Shown here piece after piece: positions 13,231 through 26,825 of a stretch of 64,000 nucleotides of DNA. Source of the stretch: Balanoglossus misakiensis (taxonomy: Eukaryota; Animalia; Hemichordata); the NCBI GenBank assembly GCA_040954595.2, contig CM082580.2:13938242-14002241 (forward strand). Reading direction: 5' to 3'. A program made the translations under genes and the position numbers. The notes under the pieces are model-generated. The model did no database searches. It had not been told where the DNA came from and saw nothing but the letters and a program-made list of their open reading frames with translations. How positions within the stretch are numbered: position 1 is the stretch's first letter; every line of letters starts with the position of its first letter.

Positions 13231-16200
13231 AACCCAGTTATTAATAGTGTGGTCAATTCTCTCAGAGTCTAACGGGATAGCCACGCGTACGTCTTGCATA
13301 TATCGCATAATAATAAAGGGAGTCCTTGATGCCTGCAAAGACGTCACAAGCTTATTGATCTTATATGGTTGGCTCTATAGATTTCATCACGCATTGATAC
13401 TTTATATAACTTCATATATTTTTTGTCCAATTTTATTGCGGCTTTCCAAATAAGGCGATATGGAAATTGGTCCGCCTTCTTTTATTGCTCTGTAGAGTTC
13501 CAGTCAAATGGCTCTTGCTAATACGATAACGGACCTATGCGTTTGATGGTCTTATTGCAGCTGTGAAATCTCTCTTTGACTCCTTTGCCTATCCCTTAAT
13601 GACCGTGACCAACAATGCACTCGCCTAGTGTAATTGAGGACTGAAGAAAAGCTGAAGGCATATTTAACAACCAATCGAGTTCTGGAGTTCCATGACTTCC
13701 GCATGATTACAACTCATTTGCTTTCTGTCACGTTTTCTCCATAGTTATGACGTCAGCAAGTTATGACGCAGCATCCATCAAATCACCAAAACTTTAATAC
13801 TTTTTCTCCTCATAAGTACCATCTTAATTCTGTTTTCAGTAAAATATTGTGAGTCTTTAAAATACATTTTGAATAGCGAAATGTATCTGGTTAACCTAAA
13901 ATGAGAAATCGCGGAAACTGGGCCATGGGCGAGATCGCAAAGTCAGACATTTGTCTTTTATTCGCGGAACAACATTTTGAGAAAAGGTTGAGACGACTTG
14001 ACACTGACTCCAGTTTTAATCAGAAATTCATTATTCTTTAATAGCTATTAGGTTTGCTGTATTTAACACATGGATCTGTGATGTCCAATTTTCGCAGGTG
14101 ACACACAACCGAGAAACTAAGTTGAGAAAAACCTTGCTGTTGTAATGATTGAGGCATGTAGGACTTTAATCATGGTCTTGTCTGCTTCAGTCAGTGTGAA
14201 ATGTAATTATGTAAGTGATATACATCCATTTCATCTTTTTTCAGTCAAATACTGTGAAATTCTCTTAGCAGCAAATCTGTACAAGGACAGCAATATGCGG
14301 CACTTTCAGACATCATTGAGTTGAACACCTTGAAAGACAAATTGACAATTTCACCCGATCATCACTGATTGAAATGCAATTACATGAAGGCTTAATTGAT
14401 TGTCACGAATTTAACGTAGACATTTGCATTTGTGATTATAGCTTGTTAGAAGGAAGACGCCCTCTAGACTCTTCATTTGCCCTTAACGGTTCTCGTGTGT
14501 TCGCCACATGTGCAGATGCTGGGTTTGCTACCTTCAGGGTATGCACTGTACAGTTAAAACGTTCTATGTATACGGTCTATTACGTGTTCACCAAGACTCA
14601 GGTACCGCACGTTGGTAGTATTAATGTTAAACGGCACTGTCAAATTTCTTGTTAACGTACTAACAATAGACTGCATGCACATGTGAGCCATTGACATTTG
14701 CAAGGGAGGTTGCCCCTAAAAGTAATCAAATAGAAAAAAAGCCAAAGGCAAAAGTCATCACACATAGAGGTCTGAGTCATTTCTGTGATTCTATTTATGG
14801 CGCAATGATTATTATGAGATAATAAAATGATGTTCAAAATCACCTGTTTCACTCACCGAATGATCAACCCCCACATTCTCAGATTCGTAAATTAACGATA
14901 TCACTGCCAATTTCAATAGTTGATCTACTTCTTCGCCCACTAACATTTCAAAAGTCTTCCACTGTAGAACGTTGTGACCACTACATCTACATCACATGGA
15001 AGCCATAGGCTTTATCTCTGTGAGACTTTGTATTTACATGCAGCCAACATTACTGCAGGATGGAGCTCTTGACGTGTAATTTGATTATCAAATGGACGTG
15101 GGAGTTGTAATCGGCGAATACCTCTCGTCTCTCTGTGACGTTTTTTCATGGATTCCGAACATTCAGACATTTTGTGTTGTCTTTGGTCCCCCCAAAATAA
15201 ATTGCTGGTTATGTGAAAGACAGACTATATGTAACTGTATTTCCATCAGGGATTACAAAATATGTCTTTCTGTCAGTAGCTGCCTTTTAGATAATTTTAG
15301 GTCACTATTTTTAAGAATCAATAATATGCACTATGGGGCACATGTATTTTTGGCTAAATTAAGAACCCATCGATTGGTTTGGGAAATTGAACTTCCGTAA
15401 AAATCATAGGGTTATATCAAAATCTCATACAGCATAACTTTAAAGCAATTTTGACAAAGTTCAACGAAGCAATGCAATCCATTCTTGGAGTGTTGAGTCT
15501 AGATAGGCAAAATAAGAATGGAAGCGCTTTTTTCGATAAACATCATCATCTTCATTAATAATGATTTTTGTCAGAGATCCATATATCTTTCGTCAGTTTC
15601 TGTGTAATGTATTGACAGTCTGTGCTGCGTTGTACTGTGTTTTTTTCTTTACAAGAAGAATCGTGTGTATAGGATTCTGTCAGACTGAAAGCGTATAACA
15701 CACTTAAAGATTAGGATAATTCTGACCATTGGCGAATTTGTGATCACGTAAAGAGCTCACGCGCATTTTCACTGATACATCAGTGGTTTTGGTTTCACCA
15801 ACAGACTGTTTGTTAATGGCATGTGATATGTAAATGGAATTGCAATGTGTGGAAGGTGATGGAGGTGTTGTTATTGATAAACTGTGGTTGTTTTGCAGGT
15901 TATCGCGTTATCTTCTGTGATAAAGGGATTGTTTACAGTGACCGTACACATGATGTCTAATTGTATTGTCAGGACAAACTGGATTGGGTTGTCTTGTTGA
16001 GTTTCACTCATAAAATATCTTATATGAGCTAAGAGGGTTTAATCAGTACCATCTTCAAGACAGACTGTTACTCGGTTTTTAAAGGAAGTAATGGATTTAT
16101 TGGTAATGGCTTGGGTGGTTTGTTTATCTCAAGCAATTATATCCCTGTGTGCAGAGAAATTTTCAGACTTTTAAGAAGAAATGGATTGAAGCTGAAAAAC

Positions 16201-18653
16201 TAGCTTGGCACTGCATGGGCTTTAATCTGAGGCTTCAACTTCTAGAGTGCTTATACAGACTGGTGTTTATTTGGAATCAGAACTAAGAACCGGTCGTGCC
16301 AATTCTCTTAACGAAGCTGACAATTCACAAACCCACTTGGCAAAAGATTATAAAATGCCACTGCACACAGTTCTAATCATACCATCATCCATCTTGCACT
16401 TTGGCTTGAGGGCTGATGGTTCAAAGCTATTATTGTAGTTGGCATTTTCTCTATTGCTGAACATTGTCTGCCAATTCTGGTGACCACTCCTTGTTTGAAT
16501 CACTGTCTTTCACTGACTTTCTTTAAATTTGATCTTCTGAGCAATCACCCTTTAATTTCAGTGTCACTTTGAACCATCATCTTCACTGGTGGTGATTTTA
16601 TCATCTCTTTAAGGATCATTATCATCTCCATTACTATCACTGCTGTCTATGTCACCATGACTACTGTCATCAGTGCGAACATGCCTTCTTAAACCTACCT
16701 TTCTTTGGCTTCAATGCACTCAGTTACAGGTAGTACTATCATGTAAAGAAATGAATGAATGATAGAAACTAGGGTATATATCTTAGGTGACATCACTGCA
16801 TTTAATTAAAAATAGAAGATGCAGCAGGTGTTCATTATGCCAATGGTCTTCTCGATGTGACATGTTAATTAACTCGCCCACTTGTTTGATGAATATTTAA
16901 TGAATTTTACTTTTATGTGTAGAATAGTTCTGATTGAGAAAGGGAGTATTTTAATAATGAGTTACTGCGGTCAAATTTTGTTAATTAGATAAATATGTGG
17001 GGTCATTGGTGTGAGATTCTTTGAGAGAAAGTGTTCCCTTTTTCGAGGTATTTCCCCATACTGCCATAGATAGATTATTTTATTTTTCTGGGTTGAAAGA
17101 CTGAAAATAAAACTTACATTGAAAGCACAGATTTAAATTCAGAAAAGCAGCTAAATGCCACATTAATGGCATTGGAAAAAAGTAGAAAACGTGAAATAAG
17201 AAAAATTAATTTTATTGAAGTTATTATTCCAGTTACAATGATTCTTTGTGGTTCTAAAATACATAATAATTGTGGCTAATAATATTTATGATTGTATTTC
17301 ACTTCTTGAAACGTGACAGATTTTGTGTTGGATAAAAAAGACCTATTGACTAGCTGTGAGAAGCCATTTTATATTGTCATGGTACTATCGCAACTGTAGC
17401 TGTCAGATGTTTGGATGTAATCATGACACACTAAAGACAAGGAAAACATAAGAGTCACACAAAAGTTATCAGATGATGAGAAAGTAATTGTCCACTCTAT
17501 TGATTTTGTTTCCCTTGTAAACTGAATTCCATGTAAATCATCTATAGCTACGTGTTCTAATATCTATTTTCTGTCAGTTGTGGAAAAGCAAATCTGGAAA
17601 GACAGTGAGGTATCTTGGATACACTGTCGCCAAAAGACAGTGGTGTGTACATTGAAATCGAACACATCCATTGAGATTAGAGAGCCAATAGCATGTGTGT
17701 TTTGAGCAACATTACATATAAATTGGTGTACACAAAGAGACAGTGTGATTTACAGAATTGCAATGCTGGCAGCGTCCACTTCTGTTCCGTTGGTGCATTG
17801 TTTGGCAGGCGGAGTCTATGCAGAGCAGGTGTTGCTATGGAGACACCTGCAATCGGTTGAAAACCCATGGCGAATAATGGTGGGAACAAAAGTAGTGTGG
17901 TTTCGTTCAAGTAGAAGGTGACCCTTTGATGAATTTTGGAAATTGAAATTCGAGTCTCTCTGTTCTAAAACATTTCGGAGAGAAACTGATGAACACTCTT
18001 TAAATCGCGATCTATTTAGAATGAACAAGCCATGGCTCAGTCACGTAAATTGGACGAACAAATTGTTTTAGAAATGAGAACAGCATCAAAGATCCGTTTT
18101 TATTTAATCAATTGCAACCTGCATTAAGTTGCATGTGTCGGTCGATGTATTCGATTAAATGCATTTTACAAAGCTTGTGATTTTGGAAGATCGAAGCAAG
18201 GGTAAATCTTTATCCAATAACATTGTGACCTATAAAGGAACACGCTATGTTAGAGGTACACATATTCTGCAGGTTGGAAGGGCACACAAGCTGGGTATCA
18301 CCATAACATAACTCCAATGGCAATGCCATACTTTGTGTAATAAGCCTTGTTGCGATCGGGAACTCAAAAACGTTGTAAGCTGCTATGACGCCATGACTGA
18401 ACTCTGAACTGTGACAATGTCCGACGGGTAAAGGCTGTTGCGAGCTACATAAATGTGACCTGAAAAGACAACAGAAATGATTACAGCAAATGGAAATTGT
18501 GTTTCCAAAAAAGTCAAATTTGCAGTATGCTTCTGCACTCTGTGTCTGAACAGACTGGGGATTTTTTTCTGATGGCTTGGAATTTCTTTCATCTGACTCA
18601 GGAGTGTTGGAAAATCGTTACCCACCTTTGCTTGTAACTGTTTTATTGTTGAG

Positions 18654-20880
18654 TTATTTTGAACAGCCCCCAATTGTGGCACACAGTTTGGCTAAAGTTG
18701 CAAGATAAAAAGCTGTCTCTGTCTTCACGGGGTTGTCTCGTTTCACTGCTCCAAATTGTCTCTTCATGTGAGGAGGTCCCCCTGGCCTGTATATGAACTT
18801 GGGCTAGGAGAAAATTGCAAAAGAAAAAAAAAATTAGACTTGCAAATATCTGAATATTCGCCATATAAAATTTATGATTTAAAAAATTATGTCATCAACA
18901 TCAACTTGAAATTGTACCTATCATCGCACCATCTTCTTACTAACGAGCCATGCTTTGGAACATTCAATAGAATAGCATAAATCCAACACAATCCCTTATT
19001 ATACTTTAATTGCCCAGTGTGGCGTATATTGTAATTGTGTCATTAGGTCGTGTAATACATGTCTAACAATTCTGGGAATGCAGAGTATGGCATGAACAAA
19101 TGCAAATGATTAGTTGGAACTCAAATACTGCAACAGAGGCTAGGGGCGTATGGCAGTGAACCTATTTCAAACGTAGGAGATGGGGCAAGCAAAGAAAGTG
19201 GGCGATAGAAGTGGTTTTCAAATATTCTATTTTACGCACGTATTCAGAATTGTACATTTAATTGTTGACAAGTGTTACTGTACGCATAGTTGTGCAATAA
19301 ACAGCGAGACTGAAGCAGTCAATGTGTGGGAAGCTTTTAAAGCAAAACGGTGAATTGTGAGAGAGTATTAGCTTGAGAATGTCTTCCTTATCATTGGACA
19401 CAGAAAATGGGGTGGTCTTATCTCTTATTAGATTTGTTATAGAGAGGAAGGATGACGCTGATTTTCAGGGGTATCAGATCCTAGATGTCTTGTTACACAC
19501 AATGCTTTGCCATACATTTAACCATCTATATAACATCTTTCCTCTGAACAGTGGAAAACGTACCTATCGTTGATGATTGATAAAAACATATTTGACTGAC
19601 AACTAAAAAGGTCTGACCTTTTGAATATTTCGACATCTAAGATACGAAAATTGCAATTGATCAGAGTAATCGACTGTCTAGTCGACAATCTGCTGTTTTA
19701 TTTGGTTTGCGACTCGTCTGGTCACAGTGAAGTAATTCAGGTTTTTTTATGTGTGAAAATTGGTATACGCTTATCGAGTACAGGGACTCTTGTAAGTTGG
19801 TTCTTCCGCAGTTTTGTAGTTCATATCAATATTATTGAGCTGTCATTGGCTATGAAGTAGTTACAAAGATTTCAAGCTGCCCAGACATACCGGTACACAT
19901 ATGTCCACACGACTTTTAACATGTTCGGGAAAATCTCTGGCACAGAAATCGTAGATAAAGGCCTTCAACAGATGAGGATACGATCTACACCGAAATGGCA
20001 AAAATGTGTCCAGAGATACCTCTAATGTCAGTGATGTTAATGTGTCACGTGCCACGGCCTTGCCTGTATCTGATATACACAGTTTTATCAACATTGCAAC
20101 ATTCCAGAAGGAGAAGTATTTAAACACTACTATGGACATCCCCCCAAAATCATCTTGAGTCACAATTGCAACAAAATTTTGGGTCTTGAAGTTAACATTT
20201 TATAAAAAACACAAATGCTGCTTAAAATATGTATTCAATAAGAACTACAGCACCTTACGCATCTTGCGTGGATGGATCATAACAAAGTTCTGCACACTTC
20301 ACCTACGTTAATGGCCCATTTACTTTTACGATTAAACGATAATTTTGTGATCAGTTATAACTGAAGTTGACAGCTACGCAGTTCCATTATAGTCAAGTCA
20401 GGTCATATAATCGATCACTAAAGGTGTCTTTAAACTGAGTTTTTCATGTAGTTACTAGCTTTCCCCCTCTGGCACCATACAACATCCCGAAAAAGCATTA
20501 TCAGCTTTGTTTATATTACACACTGGGAAATTGACTTCAGAAGTATCGGGGCGCTCAACCCTCCTGCCCTGTCATCAGCTCCCGGCATTGTTAGGGCTTC
20601 TTCAGAAGTAATTATTGCATGGATTTTGTGTAGCCATATTTTGAATTTAACAAAAAGGTCCGTTTTAAAGGAGCTGGGTGCGCATACATATGTGTGTGTG
20701 TGTGGGGACGTTCTTTTTACTTACCCTTCCACTATATGGATCTCTTTTGTAAAAGTCAAAGTCATCACCATCAAATTCATCACCTTCAGTTTCATCTTCA
20801 TACAGTGCATTCGTTTGTGGCAACAGTAAATTTAAGATCAGCGTAAAGATTAAGAACACCACCAATAATGTCTTCTTCAT
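18654..20880 (-). CDS. Secreted prepropeptide B1 (101 aa), unknown peptide family; coding exons 20880-20725 and 18803-18654
   Basis: MKKTLLVVFLIFTLILNLLLPQTNA-LYEDETEGDEFDGDDFDFYKR-DPYSGR|PKFIYRPGGPPHM-KR-QFGAV-KR-DNPVKTETAFYLATLAKLCATIGGCSK*. Signal peptide, acidic spacer, three KR sites, gtaagt donor, strong polypyrimidine acceptor, phase 0. Collinear with paralog B2. Confidence 0.88.
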
Positions 20881-23800
20881 CTCCCAATAATCGTTTTAAT
20901 AAGCTGTGAAAATACAACACAAGAGGAATGTGTGAAGAGGAAGATGGTGAAAACTTAAAGCCTTGGTTTATTTTGGTTTTACTTTCAGCAAAGCAATACT
21001 CTTGCTACTCATGGTGAGTTGCCTATACACTGAAACAGCTTTGTTCGTGGAAGCTATCACAGTGCGTTCAGTTTTGCGCCCTCACTGACAGTTCTGTGAC
21101 AGGACACGACGTCAGCTCCTTTCTAATGAAGTACATTTTGTAGCCTGTACTTTGTATTGATTAAGAAATCCTAGAATCTATTTATTTTTGGATCTGGACA
21201 GGATATAGAGAATCATGCAGCTGCACATGATTCTTGTCTCAAATGTCCTTTTCGAAAGAAGATGGCGTTTAATTGAATATTTTGTTGTGATTCCTGTCGG
21301 TGTTTGCAATTGATTTGGCGTGGATCGGAGAAGCGTTTTCAGTCAAATTGTTGAGGGCGCTGTAAAAATTGTAGTTCAAAGGAACGACATAAAGAAAAAC
21401 ATGAGAGGTGTTACCAAAATGATTCGTGATGAATCTTTGGAAACTGAATCTTCTGCGTAGTTGACATTTGACTCACAAATAAACATTGAAGGCTTCATGT
21501 ATGTTGTACTCATCACGTCATCTCTTAAATGTGATGGGGTTTACGGTATGTGCAAGGTTCAAACCAAAACTGTTTTGAATTTTCTTGATTTGCCAGTTAT
21601 GGTAAGAATGGTACCTAACACTTCTTCCCTAAACACAGTAACCTAAATGTTCAGAACTCTGTGAGAAAATATTGTTAACTTCTCAATTATAGTCGCTATA
21701 TGTTGGGGTGTTTGATTCATCAAGATGAGCCAAGCCTTTCATAAAGTGGTACGTTACGGCACAAATTTACTCTCACTTGGCGCCAGGGACACATTGGGGG
21801 TGGACATGGGTCTCAAAATGACGTCAATGATCGTTGTTTTTTTTTTTTTTTAGAATTGCAAAAAGTGATCATATCGAGAAACCATCATCTGCAACGAGGG
21901 AAAATCAAGAGTGAAGTTCAGGCCGAATATTTGTGTTCATGAGTGAAAGACTATCGAGGTCAGCGAGTATATCTCCAGAAATGCTCTTCTGTATTGGCGC
22001 GTGATTAGCAGACAGCAACTTCAAACACCCGATTAAAAAGGACACAACAGAATAGATGTTTAAGAAGATTATCACATGAGGTGAATGGGGTCCATTTTTC
22101 TGTGAGTAATGATGACTTACTCGGTTGGCATGCTACAATTCATTTGCCTATAGTCTGTGTGGCGCCTGTGAAATTGTTACGACAAAATAAATGATGATCA
22201 TAGAACACACTGGATTGCGCTTTGTACAGTGGTTAAGTGTAATATTATGTAGCAGCAGACTATCTATCTTTAATTTTAATCGTTGGCGCCGATCAGAGAT
22301 GCGTGCTTTGTTTTCTTGGAAAGGCCCAAGACTAGCCACCAAGTAGAATTTCACACAAAAAATCTTAGAGCCTCAGACCACTTAGATGTTTTCGGTTGAT
22401 GCCAGGTGATTTGATCGACACCGTCCATCAAATATGTACCTGTACAGTATGACATGCCACCCTCAGAAGGTTTCAATCACCGACTGAAAAAAGATCGTTA
22501 GATGGTACAGCATCACAGAGGTCATCAGAGACTCAGTGCCTGGGGTAGCTCCCCTTTGCATGATTGGTATTATAAAGAAACAGTTGATGGATATGGTTAC
22601 ATTGCCATATCTTTTGCTCGTGATGTCATCAATGCTGTTCATTGAAGAAGATAGACGACCTTATAATGTTTTAACATGGCAGACAGAATGCCAGCTTTGA
22701 CCGCAAGAAAAGTACTTTGTGCAACATACTGACTAGGTGCATGTACTTGTCCATTAGTTCTTTTAATTTCCACAAATATTCTCATGAAATGAGGAGTAAT
22801 AATAAAAATCAGCTCTATCCATATTCAAAATGGATCACAAATGAGTGGATTAATCTAAAACCCTTTGATTACATGATACATAACACTACAGAAACTACAC
22901 CTCTTTGTGGTGATGTGGGCTTAGAGTATCATAGACATATCAGTACATTTTATCATAGCATTTTCACACATGGTGTAACTAGTAATGCAGAATCAAAATT
23001 TGTGGATGAATCTTAGTAGAAAGTTAGTCATTAAAAGACTGAAATGCATCATGTGTTTTGCCGTTAGCTACATTTTATGAGATACTAAGCACATCTACAA
23101 GGAACAGAGTCTTTTTTTTTCTTGGATACACCTGCAGCCTTGAGGAACCTTTACTATTGAAAACGTGTGCTATCTATGCAAAATGCGATTACCAGATAGC
23201 AATTGCTATAATTCATGAATTGCGGTTTAAATTAATAATTTGATTACATCAAATTTGTTCCCGTTTACCTTTAGTGCTCAAGACATTACGTTCGTTAACC
23301 TCTGTCAGTCAGGTGACCTGATAGGGTGAAGATACTCGCAGATGAAGATCATGTGCAAGCTCCGGTTTTGGAAAGTCATGTGCTTTTGTGAACTGCAGGT
23401 ATGAACCTATTAATAACAGTTACTATACAGCATTCTAACAGTTTATGACCCAGGCCGATGTATTAGGGCCGAGTATCATACTTAAAACATTAACGCCTTT
23501 ACTTTACATGATGGAGACACTGACAGACACATAGACGCAAATCGGCACTTAATTTCCTTGTCTCTATATGTACACAGGAGGAAATTTCATGCGAGTGTGT
23601 GCCTTTCATCAATCCATTGACAGCGCCACCACCACAGGCTTTTAGGAAACGGAACAACACATTAGCAATCTAGGAGGTAGGCCTAACAATCAATTCTTAT
23701 TATCTCAATGTGGGGCAATTTGCATTGCAACAGTGACATATAATTAGTACATCAATCACAGAAATGATAATTATACAATTGTAAGTTTGAAAACAGCACA

Positions 23801-25961
23801 AAATAAAATGAAGTAAAACCTCACACAAGATAGAATTTCCTATCATGGCTGGAACTGTTCCTCTCGTACAAGCCCTGTGCGACTCGCTCGAAGCATGATG
23901 CAAAAAATAATTACAGTAACATGTAGCAGAATCCAAATGATACAATTATTAAATTTATGTTGATGTAGATTTGTTGTTTATTGTTGCAGAGGATTAAAGG
24001 GAATGCATGGATTGGTGGTCGATTTAGGAAATGAGTGTACTCTAAGATTTCTTGGGGGAACGCATAAAAGTTTCAGATTTAATTTTCTAAGTATGCGTTC
24101 CGTTAACACAACCATTTCTGCATCAACAGATATTCACACATTTAGTCCTTACAGTTGACGGAAAAATCTTAGTTTACCACTTGAGTTATTCCTCTTGTGA
24201 ATAATGCTGTTTGCTAATTTGTTTATACGGTTGAAGTCTTAATGGCAACGACGTTTGAACTGCTTTGATAGAAGAAATGTTTCTGGATGCATTGAGAGGT
24301 GGACTATCATCTTTATCACCTTGACAACCAAACCCGGGCCGCCAAAGGTGTTTCCAAAAATAAACTCAAGACAACCACGAAGGTAGCTAGCTTGCCAGAG
24401 GGCAAATTGTTCGCAGAGATGGACGGTGGTTGCATGAGAACGTGATTTTATTATAATGAACAAATTCTACTCTGTCAGGTGAGAATTCTGCAGAAGGATG
24501 AACTGGTATTCAAGTGTATCCAAACACGCCACATTGTACAAGGAATTTCAGATTCTGATGTGATGTGAACCGACTGAACAAGAATGGGAAAAGACGCCAA
24601 GACAAGGTATTGATTTTTGTTTATAGCCGAATAACAGCAGGAATGTGACTCGGTGTCACCACAAGTGTTTTCAACGGCGCTTCCAATAACATATTGATTT
24701 ATAAATTGTGCGCGGCGCATTGTAGTTTGTAACAAACAGGTTGGACACGATGCCTTATTTTCCAGCATTTTGGCAACACATGTTGGTTCATATTTGGGAT
24801 ATTGTAAAAGCCAAAATGGTAGAATGCGTACATAGTTCATTCTGGCAGCTTTCTGACAACTTCAAACCCATGTGCTAGGGTGGGTTCCTACCTTCTCAGA
24901 TAGATTTTCTGGTTGACATATTTTTTGTCGCCATGAACACAACAGGGAGAAAAGTGTCACGTTTGGTGATAACTTGCTCGGTCTTCTTTCCGCAAAAATG
25001 ACTTAAGAGTGCCCGCAAGGTGATTTTTCCTTGAGTTGTTAATGTACCGGTATATAGAACGAAAGCCTTTTAGTCAGCTAGAAGACATTTGAAAGCCGTA
25101 AACCAGTGTGTCGTTTTTGTTGTCCTGTGGATACTAATTTTACACTAAGAACTTGTTTGTAAGCATTGTATAGGATGAACAATTGCAAAATTGTCATCGA
25201 CTCTGTGGATGTCGCTTCTTGCACATAGTGAAGAAATATTTCTGTTCTTGTAAAATGAAAGAGACGGAGGTAACCATTTTCTGATTTATCTTTCACACAT
25301 TCAAACCAGTATGCATCCCCTCCCAACAACGGTAATAATTGCTTGAAATTGTAAAATAGTGCATATTTGACTATCATCTGAGATAAATGTGAACAAAAAG
25401 AGTTTAGATGGTACACACAGAATAATATCAGTGGATGTCAAGATGACGGACTTTCAAGCACTCCGTAGGACATAATGTAGCTCGCACGCATAAATGATTA
25501 ATAACCATAACATCCTGCAAAATTCTGAATTAGAAAAGCAACCTATACTTGAAATATAAGAGTGTCAAACAGAGCCTTACAAACCATGGGGAATGGGACA
25601 GTTAATGGGATCTCTTGGAAATTATGAAAGTGAGATAGCGGACGAGAACATCTAGTTTATAGTTTTCAAACAACTCAATGCCGTGTCTTACGGAAATCTC
25701 AGATTTAAAATGCCTCATAATGGAAGTCAAATATACGCAAAAGCAAAATACGGACGGAGCATGACTGCTTTAAGAATCGGGAGTAAACTTCCTAATTGAA
25801 AGCAAAAAATGATGTCACTTGAGCGAAACATTGTTAAATGAATGCTACTACAGCAAGCTTATGGACAATACCGTAGTTAAGCGCCGACACGTAAGAAGTG
25901 ATAGAAACATTTCCCTTTTCGTAAAAAATATGAACTTGAGAAATATAATGTAAGGTCTTAC

Positions 25962-26190
25962 CTGTTGGATAAAAAATAAATCGCAGGAATCTCCAATGTA
26001 AGTAGAGGTTTCCACTAGTGCTAAACTAATTGGCACACAAGTCGACCGTAAGAAGACACTAGTTGATTTGATTCTCAAGGAGCTAGGCGGTCTTATATAT
26101 AGCCGATAAAGTTCTTCGTAGGGCATGCAAAATATCGCTGTATTGCTTAAAATGGGTGGGTATGTGTAGAGTGAGCCTCGTTGACGTCAA
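25962..26190 (-). promoter_or_regulatory. Predicted non-coding first exon (~26065-25962) and TATA promoter of gene B1
   Basis: Donor CAG|GTAAGA at 25962/25961; TATATAA at ~26100-26092; octamer-like ATGCAAAA at ~26125; full CRE TGACGTCA at 26182-26189. An acceptor lies 23 nt upstream of the B1 ATG (exon starts 20903). Confidence 0.6.
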
Positions 26191-26825
26191 TGTTGGGACA
26201 TGGGATTGCCCAGAGATGACACTACATCTTTTGTGTCTCAAGTGGGCGGGGGTGTCACATGGTCTGATGCGCAGAGGGAAATCTCTCCCTTTTCTCTCTC
26301 CTTTGCGCAGTCATTCGGAAAACGTGGGGACGTATTTGCCGCGAAACTATCGGAAGTGCTAGAATGAAATAATTGAAATTGAATCAATCTGTGCGCAGTG
26401 GACGAACCCACTAACAACCTTGGAACGAGCATGAATTTCAAGTGAGACACACAGTGCCAGACTTAAAGTCTGCACTTTCACCAAAGAGTTTCCTAATCGT
26501 GTAATTTCCGTGTGGGTATTTTCGTCGATGTAGGGTATCTCGCAGACCTACACCAATAATTGAACACCATGTGCAGATGGGTGTTGTGCTCTCTAACATG
26601 CAGGGAGTCAAATGGCGCGTTTGGAAGAGGATAAAGCTTATTAGGAGAAAACCTCTGAAGCAACGGTAAATTGCCAACTTAATAGAGTTCTAAGTGATAC
26701 ACGATGTCTGATTAATACGTTATCCGAGCTGGGTAGCAAGGAACGTCGAGTTCTTCCAGTTTGGTAGTTTTTCTCGTAGAAATTTTGTCAGTGTTCACCC
26801 CATGAGACGCATTTGTTGTAGTCTC

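Noticed and set aside
16330-16690. Minus-strand acidic, coding-looking stretch (DDSSHGDIDSSDSNGDDND)
   Set aside because: Multiple stops, degenerate (CAT)n-like composition, and no signal peptide or clear splice context; at most a decayed fragment.
18657-18685. CATIGGC ring as calcitonin-like C-x5-C
   Set aside because: Calcitonin-family rings are N-terminal and followed by a long amidated tail; here the ring is C-terminal and B2 has C-x4-C.
19861-20163. Cys-containing 100-aa ORF as candidate second exon of B1
   Set aside because: Phase-0 splicing to its acceptors stops within ~10 codons; exon 18803-18654 is clearly the homolog of the B2 terminal exon.
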